20,000 nt of DNA. Origin: an uncultured virus (IMG/VR IMGVR_UViG_3300017992_000618). Taxonomy: Duplodnaviria; Heunggongvirae; Uroviricota; Caudoviricetes. The position numbers were made by a program, and so were the translations under genes. This document shows, piece by piece, positions 1-8,362 of this stretch (positions are counted from its first letter, which is position 1; each line of letters begins with the position of its first letter). The stretch lies in IMG/VR virus record IMGVR_UViG_3300017992_000618; one strand, written 5' to 3'. The notes beneath the pieces were generated by a model. It made no database searches and was not told the origin of the DNA. It worked only from the letters and a program-made list of their open reading frames with translations.

Positions 1-937
1 GTTCTTTCTTAGCTTCTGAACCATCCTCATCATCGTCGGATATCATATATTTTCTACGAAACTCCTCGGAAGGAATAACATCAGAAGATATTCTACCATA
101 GTTTGCACCCTTCACCCACTCACCTCTTTTCTCTCCTGGAACATAATGTTCAGGCACAGGATCAGTTGGCTCCGGCCACGTTTGTACTGGGGTTGCGGCC
201 ACTACCCTTTCTTCTGCTGTGCTTAGATCACCAGTGATCTTGATCTTACCTTTGGACTTGGCAGAAGATGCCGACTTGGCTTTTTTTAGCCGAGCACTTT
301 TAGGTTTCTTTTTACGCTCCAACCTCTTCGCCTCTTTGAGATCAAGCTTGTTTACCCAACCTCTTTTCTCAAGTTTAGCCGCTCTTTGTAGTAATGATTC
401 AAGATGTGGATGATCCATATCCTTATTAAGTCTAAGGATACCTTTCAAACAATCATCATGTGCGCCTTCCACTACCTCATAGACTCTGCCGTTGATGTCT
501 ATAATAACACCACAGCATATTATGTCTACATTTCGCGGAACGTGAAGGGTTGCCTCTTTTCTAGAGGATTTATGATCAGACGAACAGATTAGTTGAGCAC
601 AAGCGCCATTGATGCCTTCAAATTCCACAACATTATTGATAGGCATCTTTCTCTTTCCATACCTATCAGTTTTTTGAGGAACACCTGGCATCTTTTGTAC
701 TTGTTTCCATCTGGCGCTGCGGATAAAGGATTGATGTATATTTTCGAACTCTCTAGGCGCCGCTGATATGTCAAGGTCTCCGACCAATGGTTTGCCAGCA
801 AGAGCATCTCTGACAGCACCGCCATATATGACAGCATTGTCAGTTAATAATTCGAATGCAGCATCAAACCGTTCAATTATAATTTCGCTGACCCAGTCAA
901 CGTTTAAAATCTCCTTTTTATATCCTACTTTAAACAT
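1..937 (-). CDS. Class II nucleotidyltransferase (CCA-adding enzyme / poly(A) polymerase head-like); 3' end runs off the window
   Basis: Not in the ORF track. Hand translation from ATG at 937 gives an open frame to the edge: MFKVGYKKEILNVDWVSEIIIERFDAAFELLTDNAVIYGGAVRDALAGKPLVGDLDIS...RNVDIICCG...EVVEGAHDDCLKGILRL...QRAAKLEKRG. GGAVRD...DLD is the class II NTase motif A. A Lys/Ser-rich then acidic low-complexity tail follows. Confidence 0.85.
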   Translation of the reverse strand, partial: MFKVGYKKEILNVDWVSEIIIERFDAAFELLTDNAVIYGGAVRDALAGKPLVGDLDISAAPREFENIHQSFIRSARWKQVQKMPGVPQKTDRYGKRKMPINNVVEFEGINGACAQLICSSDHKSSRKEATLHVPRNVDIICCGVIIDINGRVYEVVEGAHDDCLKGILRLNKDMDHPHLESLLQRAAKLEKRGWVNKLDLKEAKRLERKKKPKSARLKKAKSASSAKSKGKIKITGDLSTAEERVVAATPVQTWPEPTDPVPEHYVPGEKRGEWVKGANYGRISSDVIPSEEFRRKYMISDDDEDGSEAKKE

Positions 938-1182
938 TGTTTGACCTTATCGTTTATAGTTATGGATGTTATTTCCTCTTCAGGAAAAGTTTGTTTTGCT
1001 ACTTCACTGGCAGCCAACATTACCCATTCAAGATAAGAGCGTTTCGTCTTATCATTGTAGTGCTTTTTATATGATTTAATGAATTTCGACAGCTGCCTGA
1101 TTGAAAAAGACATAGACGAGGTGCTGCCTTTATGAAGCGCTACCTTGACCTGCCACAGCCTTCTGCTCGTGTTCGTTGTCAT
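925..1182 (-). CDS. Hypothetical protein (85 aa)
   Basis: Fills the gap between the GATase and NTase genes and overlaps both; no motif recognised. Confidence 0.6.
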   Translation of the reverse strand: MTTNTSRRLWQVKVALHKGSTSSMSFSIRQLSKFIKSYKKHYNDKTKRSYLEWVMLAASEVAKQTFPEEEITSITINDKVKQCLK

Positions 1183-1930
1183 CTTTAGCCCTCTTTGGTG
1201 AGAAAAAGCCTCTCAACAGAGCTGTATCGTTCAGCTCTTCAGGATGCCATTGAACCGCAAGAATCCTGCTCGGCCAGGTTTTGATCGCAAATGCCTCAAT
1301 CATTACCTCTTTGTCTTTCTTGTCGAACCCACGCTCCGTCCACGCCAAGACATCAAGATCTTTCTTCAAGACACTTGGTGCCTTTCCTTGTGTACTCAAG
1401 GCAAGACACTGGTGATGCATGCTGTTTACTGGGATTCTTCGTATCTTCTTTCCAGATCTTCCGTACAAACCCATCACATTCGCGTCAACGAAGTGACTTG
1501 GAATATCACGAACAAGGCTCAATCCATTTGTCTGACTGTGGGATGATACATTCTGATAGAAAGTAAACCAGTCATTAAATGCATCCTCTTTCATGGACAT
1601 TAGGAATTCACGAATAATTAGTTGGAAACCACGGCAGATACCGAAAACTGGTTTCTTCATGGCTACGAATTCGTGTAGCAAGGAACGCTCGAACTCATCT
1701 TTATCAGGATCGGTTGAATAAGACGCGATGTTGTCTTCACCATAATATATGGGATCGATATCAATTCCGCCAGGCAGTAATAGGCCATCGCAGAATTTTG
1801 ATGCATCTACCACGTTTTCTGGTGTGGTAATGATTGGCATATAACCGGCCTCGATAACATATTTGGCATAAGCCTGATTGACGAAGTACTGCGTTTTACT
1901 TTTACTCGCGGGCAAACAAATCTTTTTCAT
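1130..1930 (-). CDS. Class I glutamine amidotransferase, peptidase C26 / gamma-glutamyl-gamma-aminobutyrate hydrolase (PuuD)-like
   Basis: Motifs LLLPGGIDIDPIYYGE, GICRGFQ (nucleophile Cys), VNSMHHQ and AVQWHPE (His-Glu of the triad). ATGA overlap with the upstream ligase. Confidence 0.92.
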   Translation of the reverse strand: MKKICLPASKSKTQYFVNQAYAKYVIEAGYMPIITTPENVVDASKFCDGLLLPGGIDIDPIYYGEDNIASYSTDPDKDEFERSLLHEFVAMKKPVFGICRGFQLIIREFLMSMKEDAFNDWFTFYQNVSSHSQTNGLSLVRDIPSHFVDANVMGLYGRSGKKIRRIPVNSMHHQCLALSTQGKAPSVLKKDLDVLAWTERGFDKKDKEVMIEAFAIKTWPSRILAVQWHPEELNDTALLRGFFSPKRAKDDNEHEQKAVAGQGSAS

Positions 1931-2850
1931 GGTTTAGTCTCCTCCAATTCCCATTCTTTTGTTAAGTGCATGTCATCGTTCTTGATCTTTGCCAGTGCCT
2001 CATTGAAGTAATGGACAGAATCCTCACTTAAGTGGGGCATCACATGTTTTTCCATGACCTTTGTAGCTTCATCAGACAGACCATTGTTAATGATATTCTG
2101 AATCTCATTCTCGCCGACAGCCCCAATCAATTCTTCATCTTTACCATCCCGAACAACTTTCAAAGCATCTTTAGTTAAACAGTACATTAACATGACTGTC
2201 ACGGGACTTTTTAGCCAATAGTTGCTAAGAACACGGTACTCAACACCATATTCCTTAGGTCGATGTGAACCAGCTTTGCCATATAGTTTTCTTCTGGCAA
2301 TAGCTTCTTCAGAATTGTCCAAAATAGTGGACAAGAGACCATGCATACAATCCATAGTCTTCACCATTGCTACCTTACCTGGAAAATCCAGAAGAAATTC
2401 ATTGCCAGAACCCTCTTCACATCCAACATGGATATGAGCACCACAACTTCTGAAACATTTATCATCTATACATGGTGCCTCATTTTCCTGCATTTTCCAT
2501 GCATCATAGTCAGGGTCACAGCCGAAACGTTTGGCTTCAGGGTGATCCAACTCTGCGGGATCGAACTGAGCTGATGGTAGTGCAGCCAGCTTGTGTCCCT
2601 TAGGAATAGCTCCCAATACATCCCTGAATGTTTGTTGTACCTTGCCGACGAAGTCATCTCGCCCTACAGCCGGATCTGTAGCAAATTCCACAGCGACATT
2701 GTCGCGTTGGATGTTGCCACCGTTTGGTAACGGTGCCGGCTCTTCCTTTGTCCCATTGATATGTGGTATAGCAGACCTCAACTGGCCGGTTTCATTCTCT
2801 GCCAGGAAGAATTCAGGATCTGTACCAATGCTGAAAACTTTCTTTGCCAT
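1927..2850 (-). CDS. phiEco32-like COOH-NH2 ligase type 2 (glutamine synthetase-fold amidoligase)
   Basis: Family motifs IGTDPEFFL, DNVAVEF, FGCDPDYDAW, RSCGAHIHVG and RRKLYGKAG...KEYGVEYRVLSNYW. SD GAGGA upstream. Confidence 0.9.
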   Translation of the reverse strand: MAKKVFSIGTDPEFFLAENETGQLRSAIPHINGTKEEPAPLPNGGNIQRDNVAVEFATDPAVGRDDFVGKVQQTFRDVLGAIPKGHKLAALPSAQFDPAELDHPEAKRFGCDPDYDAWKMQENEAPCIDDKCFRSCGAHIHVGCEEGSGNEFLLDFPGKVAMVKTMDCMHGLLSTILDNSEEAIARRKLYGKAGSHRPKEYGVEYRVLSNYWLKSPVTVMLMYCLTKDALKVVRDGKDEELIGAVGENEIQNIINNGLSDEATKVMEKHVMPHLSEDSVHYFNEALAKIKNDDMHLTKEWELEETKP

Positions 2851-2862
2851 CTCTCTTCCTCC

Positions 2863-3684
2863 TCACTTCTTTCTAGGTAAATGCTCTTTGCAGAGCTTGA
2901 TGAAATTTTTCTTCAAACGTTTATACTGAAAATCACTGTTATTTCCATAAGTGGAGCAGAAGCTTAGCATTCCGCCATACACACCAATGTTTGATGATCC
3001 AGCTTTCGGTGCCCACAATTTCTTATGGTCTTCTTTACCAAAGAGTTCTTTATGGTACTTCAATAAGATATATATCTCATTTCTGAAACTGCGAAGATAT
3101 CTGGTGATATCACCGTGCCCATCTTTACCTTGGTGTTCAGAGACAAGAGCTTTGAAATCCCGCTCTACTGAATCGATACCACCATCTACATCAAATGGAC
3201 CATATTCTGCACCAAGACGAAGAATAAAAGTAAATGTTGATATCAATTGAGGTGACATTAACCAACCACCAGGGCCAGTTAACAACCACACATTGTCGTG
3301 TATCTCATGTTTAACGGTGGTGATTTTACTCTGATCCCACCCGGCGATGTCTTCATATACATTCATCACAGCCTTCGCATTAAAAAGCTTATCTCTGAAT
3401 TCATTGAAGTCCTTGGGGTCTCTAGCAATAAGGATGCGGACTTTTTCCTTATCGAAATTGTATCCTTCTGAAGGCTTGAAATCGTTGTGACGTTTATCAT
3501 TCATAGCCGCATGTGCTTGTGCTGTGACCTGTTCTCGACAATATACAAATGGAGTCAACTGAGTTCTGACACCCTCAACTGGTGGTGACATCCATGCAAA
3601 CTGTGGTTTGTTGTACCCATAAGGATTACCTTCATCCGCTGGCCACTTTTTAACACGTATCAGTTTCTTTTTAGCTTTCGCCAT
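2863..3684 (-). CDS. Hypothetical protein, paralog of 3700..4488
   Basis: 273 aa ORF with AGGAG SD; collinear similarity to the upstream gene (see findings). Confidence 0.85.
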   Translation of the reverse strand: MAKAKKKLIRVKKWPADEGNPYGYNKPQFAWMSPPVEGVRTQLTPFVYCREQVTAQAHAAMNDKRHNDFKPSEGYNFDKEKVRILIARDPKDFNEFRDKLFNAKAVMNVYEDIAGWDQSKITTVKHEIHDNVWLLTGPGGWLMSPQLISTFTFILRLGAEYGPFDVDGGIDSVERDFKALVSEHQGKDGHGDITRYLRSFRNEIYILLKYHKELFGKEDHKKLWAPKAGSSNIGVYGGMLSFCSTYGNNSDFQYKRLKKNFIKLCKEHLPRKK

Positions 3685-3699
3685 AACTACACACTCCTA

Positions 3700-4488
3700 T
3701 TACTTCTTTTTGATTAATTTTCTAATTTCATCGTTGCGTTCAGACAACGGTGTACAACAGTCTATAAGGCTCTTAATGCCACCAGAATTGTGAAAACTGT
3801 TAATCGTTATGTCTTTATTGAGGTATATACTATCAATACCATCTTTACCTAGTAGATATTTCTTATAGTTCTTGGCTACCCAGTCAAGATGATTCCACAT
3901 TGATGTGAGATAGGTGCTGTCATTATCGCCGCCAGATGCACTCAGTCTCTTTAATTCCTTTTTAAGCTGCGCGTTGGTCTTAAACTTGATTTCTTTCACA
4001 CCAAGACGGATGAGGAACGTATACATAGATACAAGATGTGGGGATTTCAACCACCCCTTGGATGAAGTGAACATCCAGTTGTATTTTTTGGCACCGCCCT
4101 TTACTTCTTCGACTTTCGAGAGTCCAATTGACATGAGCTTCTCATAGTGGTTAAGAAGTATAAGAGATCGTTTCATGGATGCCTTCATCTCTGGCAGACT
4201 TGTTTTATCTAATGAATCTCTTGACACAAGCATCCTCATCTTTTCTAAATCGATTCTAGGATTTACGTCGGGGTCATAGAAGAATCCATATATTCTGAAT
4301 TTTTGGCCAGTATGACAAGCTCTCACAGCATCATGTAGATAATCTCTACATTTTACCCACTGATGGCATTGTTTTAACCCATCCTTCGGCGAAGTGACAA
4401 AACTGAAGAACATTCCAGTTTGTTGATATATCTCATTGAGGCTGTTCGTTTGCTTATACCACTCAACTTTAGGTTTCTTACTGCTCAT
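3700..4488 (-). CDS. Hypothetical protein, paralog of 2863..3684
   Basis: The ORF track starts at 4560, but ATG at 4488 (MSSKKPK) has AGGAGT SD at 4495-4500 and avoids overlap with the upstream gene. Confidence 0.85.
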   Translation of the reverse strand: MSSKKPKVEWYKQTNSLNEIYQQTGMFFSFVTSPKDGLKQCHQWVKCRDYLHDAVRACHTGQKFRIYGFFYDPDVNPRIDLEKMRMLVSRDSLDKTSLPEMKASMKRSLILLNHYEKLMSIGLSKVEEVKGGAKKYNWMFTSSKGWLKSPHLVSMYTFLIRLGVKEIKFKTNAQLKKELKRLSASGGDNDSTYLTSMWNHLDWVAKNYKKYLLGKDGIDSIYLNKDITINSFHNSGGIKSLIDCCTPLSERNDEIRKLIKKK

Positions 4489-4519
4489 TACGGAACTCCT
4501 TTCCAGAAGAAAAGTCGCT

Positions 4520-5731
4520 TTAGCCCATTGCTTTTTCAATAGATCTCTTGAAAGCATCAAGTTCTCCTATATTTTTAATAAAGCCTTCGACTGCATCTGG
4601 TTTTATCATATTTATAAATGTAGGTCTATCTATTGGTCCATTTTTTCTTACATGAAATATAATATAGTTTAGTAAACTATGGTTTACTGCTTCAGCAAAT
4701 TCCTTCTGTGAGGTGCTGTCTTTATTCTTGTCAAACAATTCTTTAGTTGTTTTAAACCTGATATCCACCATTCTGTTGAATAGTTTCAGAGGCTCGTTAT
4801 ATCTACCCTCTAACTTTGCAACCTCATCACCGGCACCAGTTAAAAACATTCTGATCAGTTGATTCTTTGTGAATTTATCTCCAGCTCTCAACAGCCTAGT
4901 TATTGGTTTAAATTTAGGATTCTGTATTTTTACTCTGGTATAGTTAGAATCTTGAACTATAATACCTTTGCGCCAGGCCGGTAGATGTTCAGCACAATTT
5001 ATCGCTGCCGCCCTGCTGTTTGTCTGTAGAGAAGATGGTCTATTTAATCCCAACATGTCAGCAAGTTCATCAACATATGCCGGAAACATTTGATCCATTG
5101 AATGCAATCTTCCAGGAATTTTATCCATAACAGTCAACAATAACAACTCCTCTTTACCATGCGGTCCACATATATGCAACTGCGGATGAGTGTATATACA
5201 CACAAAACAAGCCTGTTTGGATACTGTTTTGAACAGATCATTGAAATCACTGGCTATTTTATTATCACGTAGATAATCCAGAACACATGTTCTATAAGAC
5301 ACAGACCTATCAGGTAGATCTGCCAACTCTCCACCTTGTACACTACCCATGGTCTGCATGTACCAAGTGCCTTTATAATAGTAGAATGTTACTAGTTTAC
5401 CATCATATTCAGGCTCAATGAATACACGAGTCCAGTCCATAGCGGGGGCAGATTGACGGCCATCAATATGTATTCGGTTAAGCGATCTGCTCACAACACT
5501 ATGTTCTCTATCCAAGATAAGACCAACACACTCATCACTGACTTTCGTGTGATAATTACTAGTACCATTGTGGTTGATCAAAAACACATCATCTAATATC
5601 TGATGATGCGCCTCAAGTTTTGATGACAAGACATCGAGGGTGATGTCTACTGGGTGCTGATTCTTCAACCATTTATGGCCTTCTTCAGTACTTTCTTTAA
5701 ATCTATCTAAGAATGATTGGATAACTAGCAT
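4520..5731 (-). CDS. T4 Rnl1-like RNA ligase homolog, probably catalytically degenerate
   Basis: ECVGLILD...VVSRS (cf. ECRGLI...VSRPF), IEPEYDGKLV.FYYY.GTW...T.GS (cf. motif I EKxDGS), KGIIV (cf. motif IV EGxV) and RVKIQNP (cf. motif V xKxK). Confidence 0.7.
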   Translation of the reverse strand: MLVIQSFLDRFKESTEEGHKWLKNQHPVDITLDVLSSKLEAHHQILDDVFLINHNGTSNYHTKVSDECVGLILDREHSVVSRSLNRIHIDGRQSAPAMDWTRVFIEPEYDGKLVTFYYYKGTWYMQTMGSVQGGELADLPDRSVSYRTCVLDYLRDNKIASDFNDLFKTVSKQACFVCIYTHPQLHICGPHGKEELLLLTVMDKIPGRLHSMDQMFPAYVDELADMLGLNRPSSLQTNSRAAAINCAEHLPAWRKGIIVQDSNYTRVKIQNPKFKPITRLLRAGDKFTKNQLIRMFLTGAGDEVAKLEGRYNEPLKLFNRMVDIRFKTTKELFDKNKDSTSQKEFAEAVNHSLLNYIIFHVRKNGPIDRPTFINMIKPDAVEGFIKNIGELDAFKRSIEKAMG

Positions 5732-6282
5732 TATTCCCTCTTTTCTCTATCGATAATCAATATACCATTATTATGATCAATTTCATGTTGTATCACAAAG
5801 GCATCCCTATCTTCGAAAAAATTATTGTTCTTTTTACCATCTTCATCGTAGTATTCGACAAGAACCCTACAACTACGCTCTACTTTGACAGCCTTACGTA
5901 ATACTAGGGAACCACAATTGGATGATACCATCTGTTTTCTTTTGGAATGTGTCTTTATGGATGGGTTTATCATGATTCGGACTTTACCAAGCTGATCGAC
6001 AAAGCCGATGATGTTGATAGGAATACCGATATTAGCACCAGAGATACCTTTTAACTGGCTATAGTCAGAGAAGTTTGTTGCAAATAACTTCTTCATATAG
6101 CCTATTACTAGTACTATAATACTATAATATTCTCTGTTGCTGTCAAACAATCGCATATTTACATCGAGAAGTTTATTATGAAGGGATTGATCTTCTGATT
6201 CTTTATTCTGAACCAGAAAACTTTTAATCGAGGGATACTGTGACTTCTGTGGGCTCTTGTTGGTCACTTTCATATTCTCCAT
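5731..6282 (-). CDS. def: Peptide deformylase-like protein with divergent motifs
   Basis: GISGANIG (motif 1), MINP, SNCGS (motif 2, metal Cys), VER...V.VEYYDEDG and QHEIDHNNGIL (HExxH motif 3). The start could be 6273. Confidence 0.85.
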   Translation of the reverse strand: MENMKVTNKSPQKSQYPSIKSFLVQNKESEDQSLHNKLLDVNMRLFDSNREYYSIIVLVIGYMKKLFATNFSDYSQLKGISGANIGIPINIIGFVDQLGKVRIMINPSIKTHSKRKQMVSSNCGSLVLRKAVKVERSCRVLVEYYDEDGKKNNNFFEDRDAFVIQHEIDHNNGILIIDREKRE

Positions 6283-6964
6283 TTTTTATAGCTCTGAATG
6301 TTTCGAATTTACCTACTGCTTTGTATACTAAGCCGGCAAACTCACCCTTTTTACCACCTGTGCCATTGTAACGCCATAGAGCCTCGCCTATATCTCCATT
6401 AGATCTTTCAAGATTATGAAGAAAGACTTTTACTCCACACTCTATGTTAGTACTGATATCGTAGAATTCTTTCTCAGTGGCAACGCACAACTCCTTACCC
6501 CAAATATTAGGCATAATCTGCATAAGTCCCACAGCACCTTTCTTAGATCTAGCCATTGGGTTGAAGCGTGATTCAACTTCTATCATTCCTACCACTAGTG
6601 AGAAATCCATCTTGTGTTTCTCAAGAGTGGACGCTATTGCATCAGCTATAGCTTTAGCTACCTCCTGGGGAACGTGTGTGTATTCAGAATCAATATAAGC
6701 GATGAGATCGTCTGAATTATGCCAGGCTTTAGCTATCAGTTCTTCGTAGCTGTCTTTATAGACTATCATCCCGCCCTGAAGTTCTTCTTTCTCCTTCATC
6801 CATAAATCATAGTTGTCTGACCACTGTTGTATGACTATCTCATGGTTCTTGTTTGTTTCCCACAAGGATACACTCACTATACTCATGACGATGATCACCA
6901 GTATTGCCATAATATCGACAGCACTTGGTGTGCGGATTTCAAAACGACCTACGTCAAATTTCAT
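6224..6964 (-). CDS. Lytic transglycosylase (SLT domain) with N-terminal transmembrane anchor and coiled coil
   Basis: IEVESRFNPMARSKKGAVGLMQIMP, NIECG and ALWRYNG; hydrophobic IMAILVIIVMSIVSVSLW. Start reset to ATG 6964 with GGAGG SD. Confidence 0.9.
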   Translation of the reverse strand: MKFDVGRFEIRTPSAVDIMAILVIIVMSIVSVSLWETNKNHEIVIQQWSDNYDLWMKEKEELQGGMIVYKDSYEELIAKAWHNSDDLIAYIDSEYTHVPQEVAKAIADAIASTLEKHKMDFSLVVGMIEVESRFNPMARSKKGAVGLMQIMPNIWGKELCVATEKEFYDISTNIECGVKVFLHNLERSNGDIGEALWRYNGTGGKKGEFAGLVYKAVGKFETFRAIKNGEYESDQQEPTEVTVSLD

Positions 6965-7431
6965 TTTTCCTCCTCGAGAAGTTTCCGACCACGATGCCAT
7001 ATTTCTGTATCAGTGTTTTCCATTGTTCCAAGGACCATCTTGGCATACCCTGTGTTTCTCAATGCAACATCAAAATGGGGTAGGCATGAATCAGCAATAG
7101 CCCACTTTTTCTTAAGATACATACCCCATTTAGCGAATTTTTCCAGAGTATATTCCATCATAGCTGTCATCATAGGTTCATCTTTTATTAAATCAGACCT
7201 TTCTGGTAAGGACAGATTACGCAATGCTGCAATTTTCCTACTAACAGTTATTTCAGCAGTAAAAAGATGTAACATTTGATCAGATTTAGCCGAATAAAAG
7301 ATGTTGTATGGCTCTGTTTCCCATTCCACCATTGCCGCCATACTCTTGGGTACATCTTTTAAAGGTTTTAGTAAGATAATACCGTGTTTTCTGAGTCTTT
7401 CTTTAGCAGTATTTGAAATCGGATTCAGCAT
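6961..7431 (-). CDS. Hypothetical protein (~156 aa)
   Basis: ATG at 7431 overlaps the upstream stop (TAATG), and its TGA overlaps the SLT start. Confidence 0.75.
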   Translation of the reverse strand: MLNPISNTAKERLRKHGIILLKPLKDVPKSMAAMVEWETEPYNIFYSAKSDQMLHLFTAEITVSRKIAALRNLSLPERSDLIKDEPMMTAMMEYTLEKFAKWGMYLKKKWAIADSCLPHFDVALRNTGYAKMVLGTMENTDTEIWHRGRKLLEEEK

Positions 7432-7643
7432 TATTTCACCTTTTTGCAAGTTACGACGAATTGAGTACCATCACCCATGATTAGCTCGAGACCTTCTTCA
7501 GTCTCATTTACCTCTGAGGCGAAGATGTAATCGTCTTCAGCGTTGGTCGCTGCTACCTCCAGTAATTTCTTTCTTATACCTGGAGATACATCTTCTTCAT
7601 CAAGTGGAGGGCTTTCATTATAATATTGAACTTTGTGAGACAT
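7431..7643 (-). CDS. Hypothetical acidic protein (70 aa)
   Basis: ATG 7643 with strong AAGGAGG SD. Confidence 0.75.
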   Translation of the reverse strand: MSHKVQYYNESPPLDEEDVSPGIRKKLLEVAATNAEDDYIFASEVNETEEGLELIMGDGTQFVVTCKKVK

Positions 7644-7665
7644 GACTTTCCTCCTTTCTAATAAC

Positions 7666-7687
7666 AAGGGGCCCTTCTGGGCCCCTT
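7666..7687 (-). terminator. Probable rho-independent terminator
   Basis: Perfect 9-bp stem AAGGGGCCC/GGGCCCCTT with a 4-nt loop, ending in TTGTTATT on the minus strand, ~35 nt after the stop of 7724..8329. Confidence 0.7.
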
Positions 7688-7723
7688 ATTACAGCATACC
7701 TTCATCTACAAAAAACAACAACA

Positions 7724-8329
7724 CTATCCGAGGATGGAAACATTTGCAGCGTCGAGTTTGTAGTAGCGCTCTGCACGCTCGACGAATGTCTTCATCTCTC
7801 GGCATACATTATCAGGAAGAACTTGACCGCCGGAGGTGAAGGCGGATTTCTTCTTGATAATAACCTCATCTGCCAATGCACGCATGGCAGCCACCTTCAG
7901 GGCATCTTGGCGGGTGAAGGGGAGCTTTTCGAGACGCTCGCCAGATTCTTCATCCACGATAGCCTGATTGTGCTGAGACCAGCCCACAAGGAGCTTGTCT
8001 CCATCTTTGAACGCCAGGAGAACACCGTAGGGATGTCCTTTGGCAACATACGCCTGTTTGAACGATTTGTCATCATCGACTTTCACTGTACGTACAGCAA
8101 CAGCCGGGGCCCTGCGAATATACCGGATGACATGGCTGCCGGCGTCAGCAGCGATCTTTTCCGCTTTTTCAGCAATGGTCGCGTCGGTCAGCTCAAGGCC
8201 GGACGGTAGCGGGGGACCATACATCTCGTAAGGTGTCTTTTTGATCGGCACCTCGATCGTGCTCCCATCGGGCATCGTTATAGGTTTCATGTATTTTACG
8301 TCCTCTGCCAGTTGCATCTGAGTAGACAT
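7724..8329 (-). CDS. Hypothetical protein (201 aa), GC-rich
   Basis: AAAGGAGG SD; locally about 55% GC by hand count; followed by a hairpin. Confidence 0.85.
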   Translation of the reverse strand: MSTQMQLAEDVKYMKPITMPDGSTIEVPIKKTPYEMYGPPLPSGLELTDATIAEKAEKIAADAGSHVIRYIRRAPAVAVRTVKVDDDKSFKQAYVAKGHPYGVLLAFKDGDKLLVGWSQHNQAIVDEESGERLEKLPFTRQDALKVAAMRALADEVIIKKKSAFTSGGQVLPDNVCREMKTFVERAERYYKLDAANVSILG

Positions 8330-8362
8330 GAGTTGCCTCCTTTCTGTGCGGTTGTAGCATGC

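Noticed and set aside
219..837. ORF-track entries 219..413 (+), 404..592 (+) and 589..837 (-)
   Set aside because: They are shadow or off-frame ORFs over the real minus-strand NTase gene (<1..937).
1130..2850. GATase + COOH-NH2 ligase acting as the missing NadE (NaAD amidation)
   Set aside because: Chemically conceivable, but there is no sequence support. The genes are >6 kb from pncB, lie beyond a terminator, and belong to a family found independently of NAD genes.
2190..4060. Shared WLKSP/WLMSP between the ligase C-terminal part and the two paralogs
   Set aside because: A five-residue match without further collinear similarity to the ligase; probably chance.
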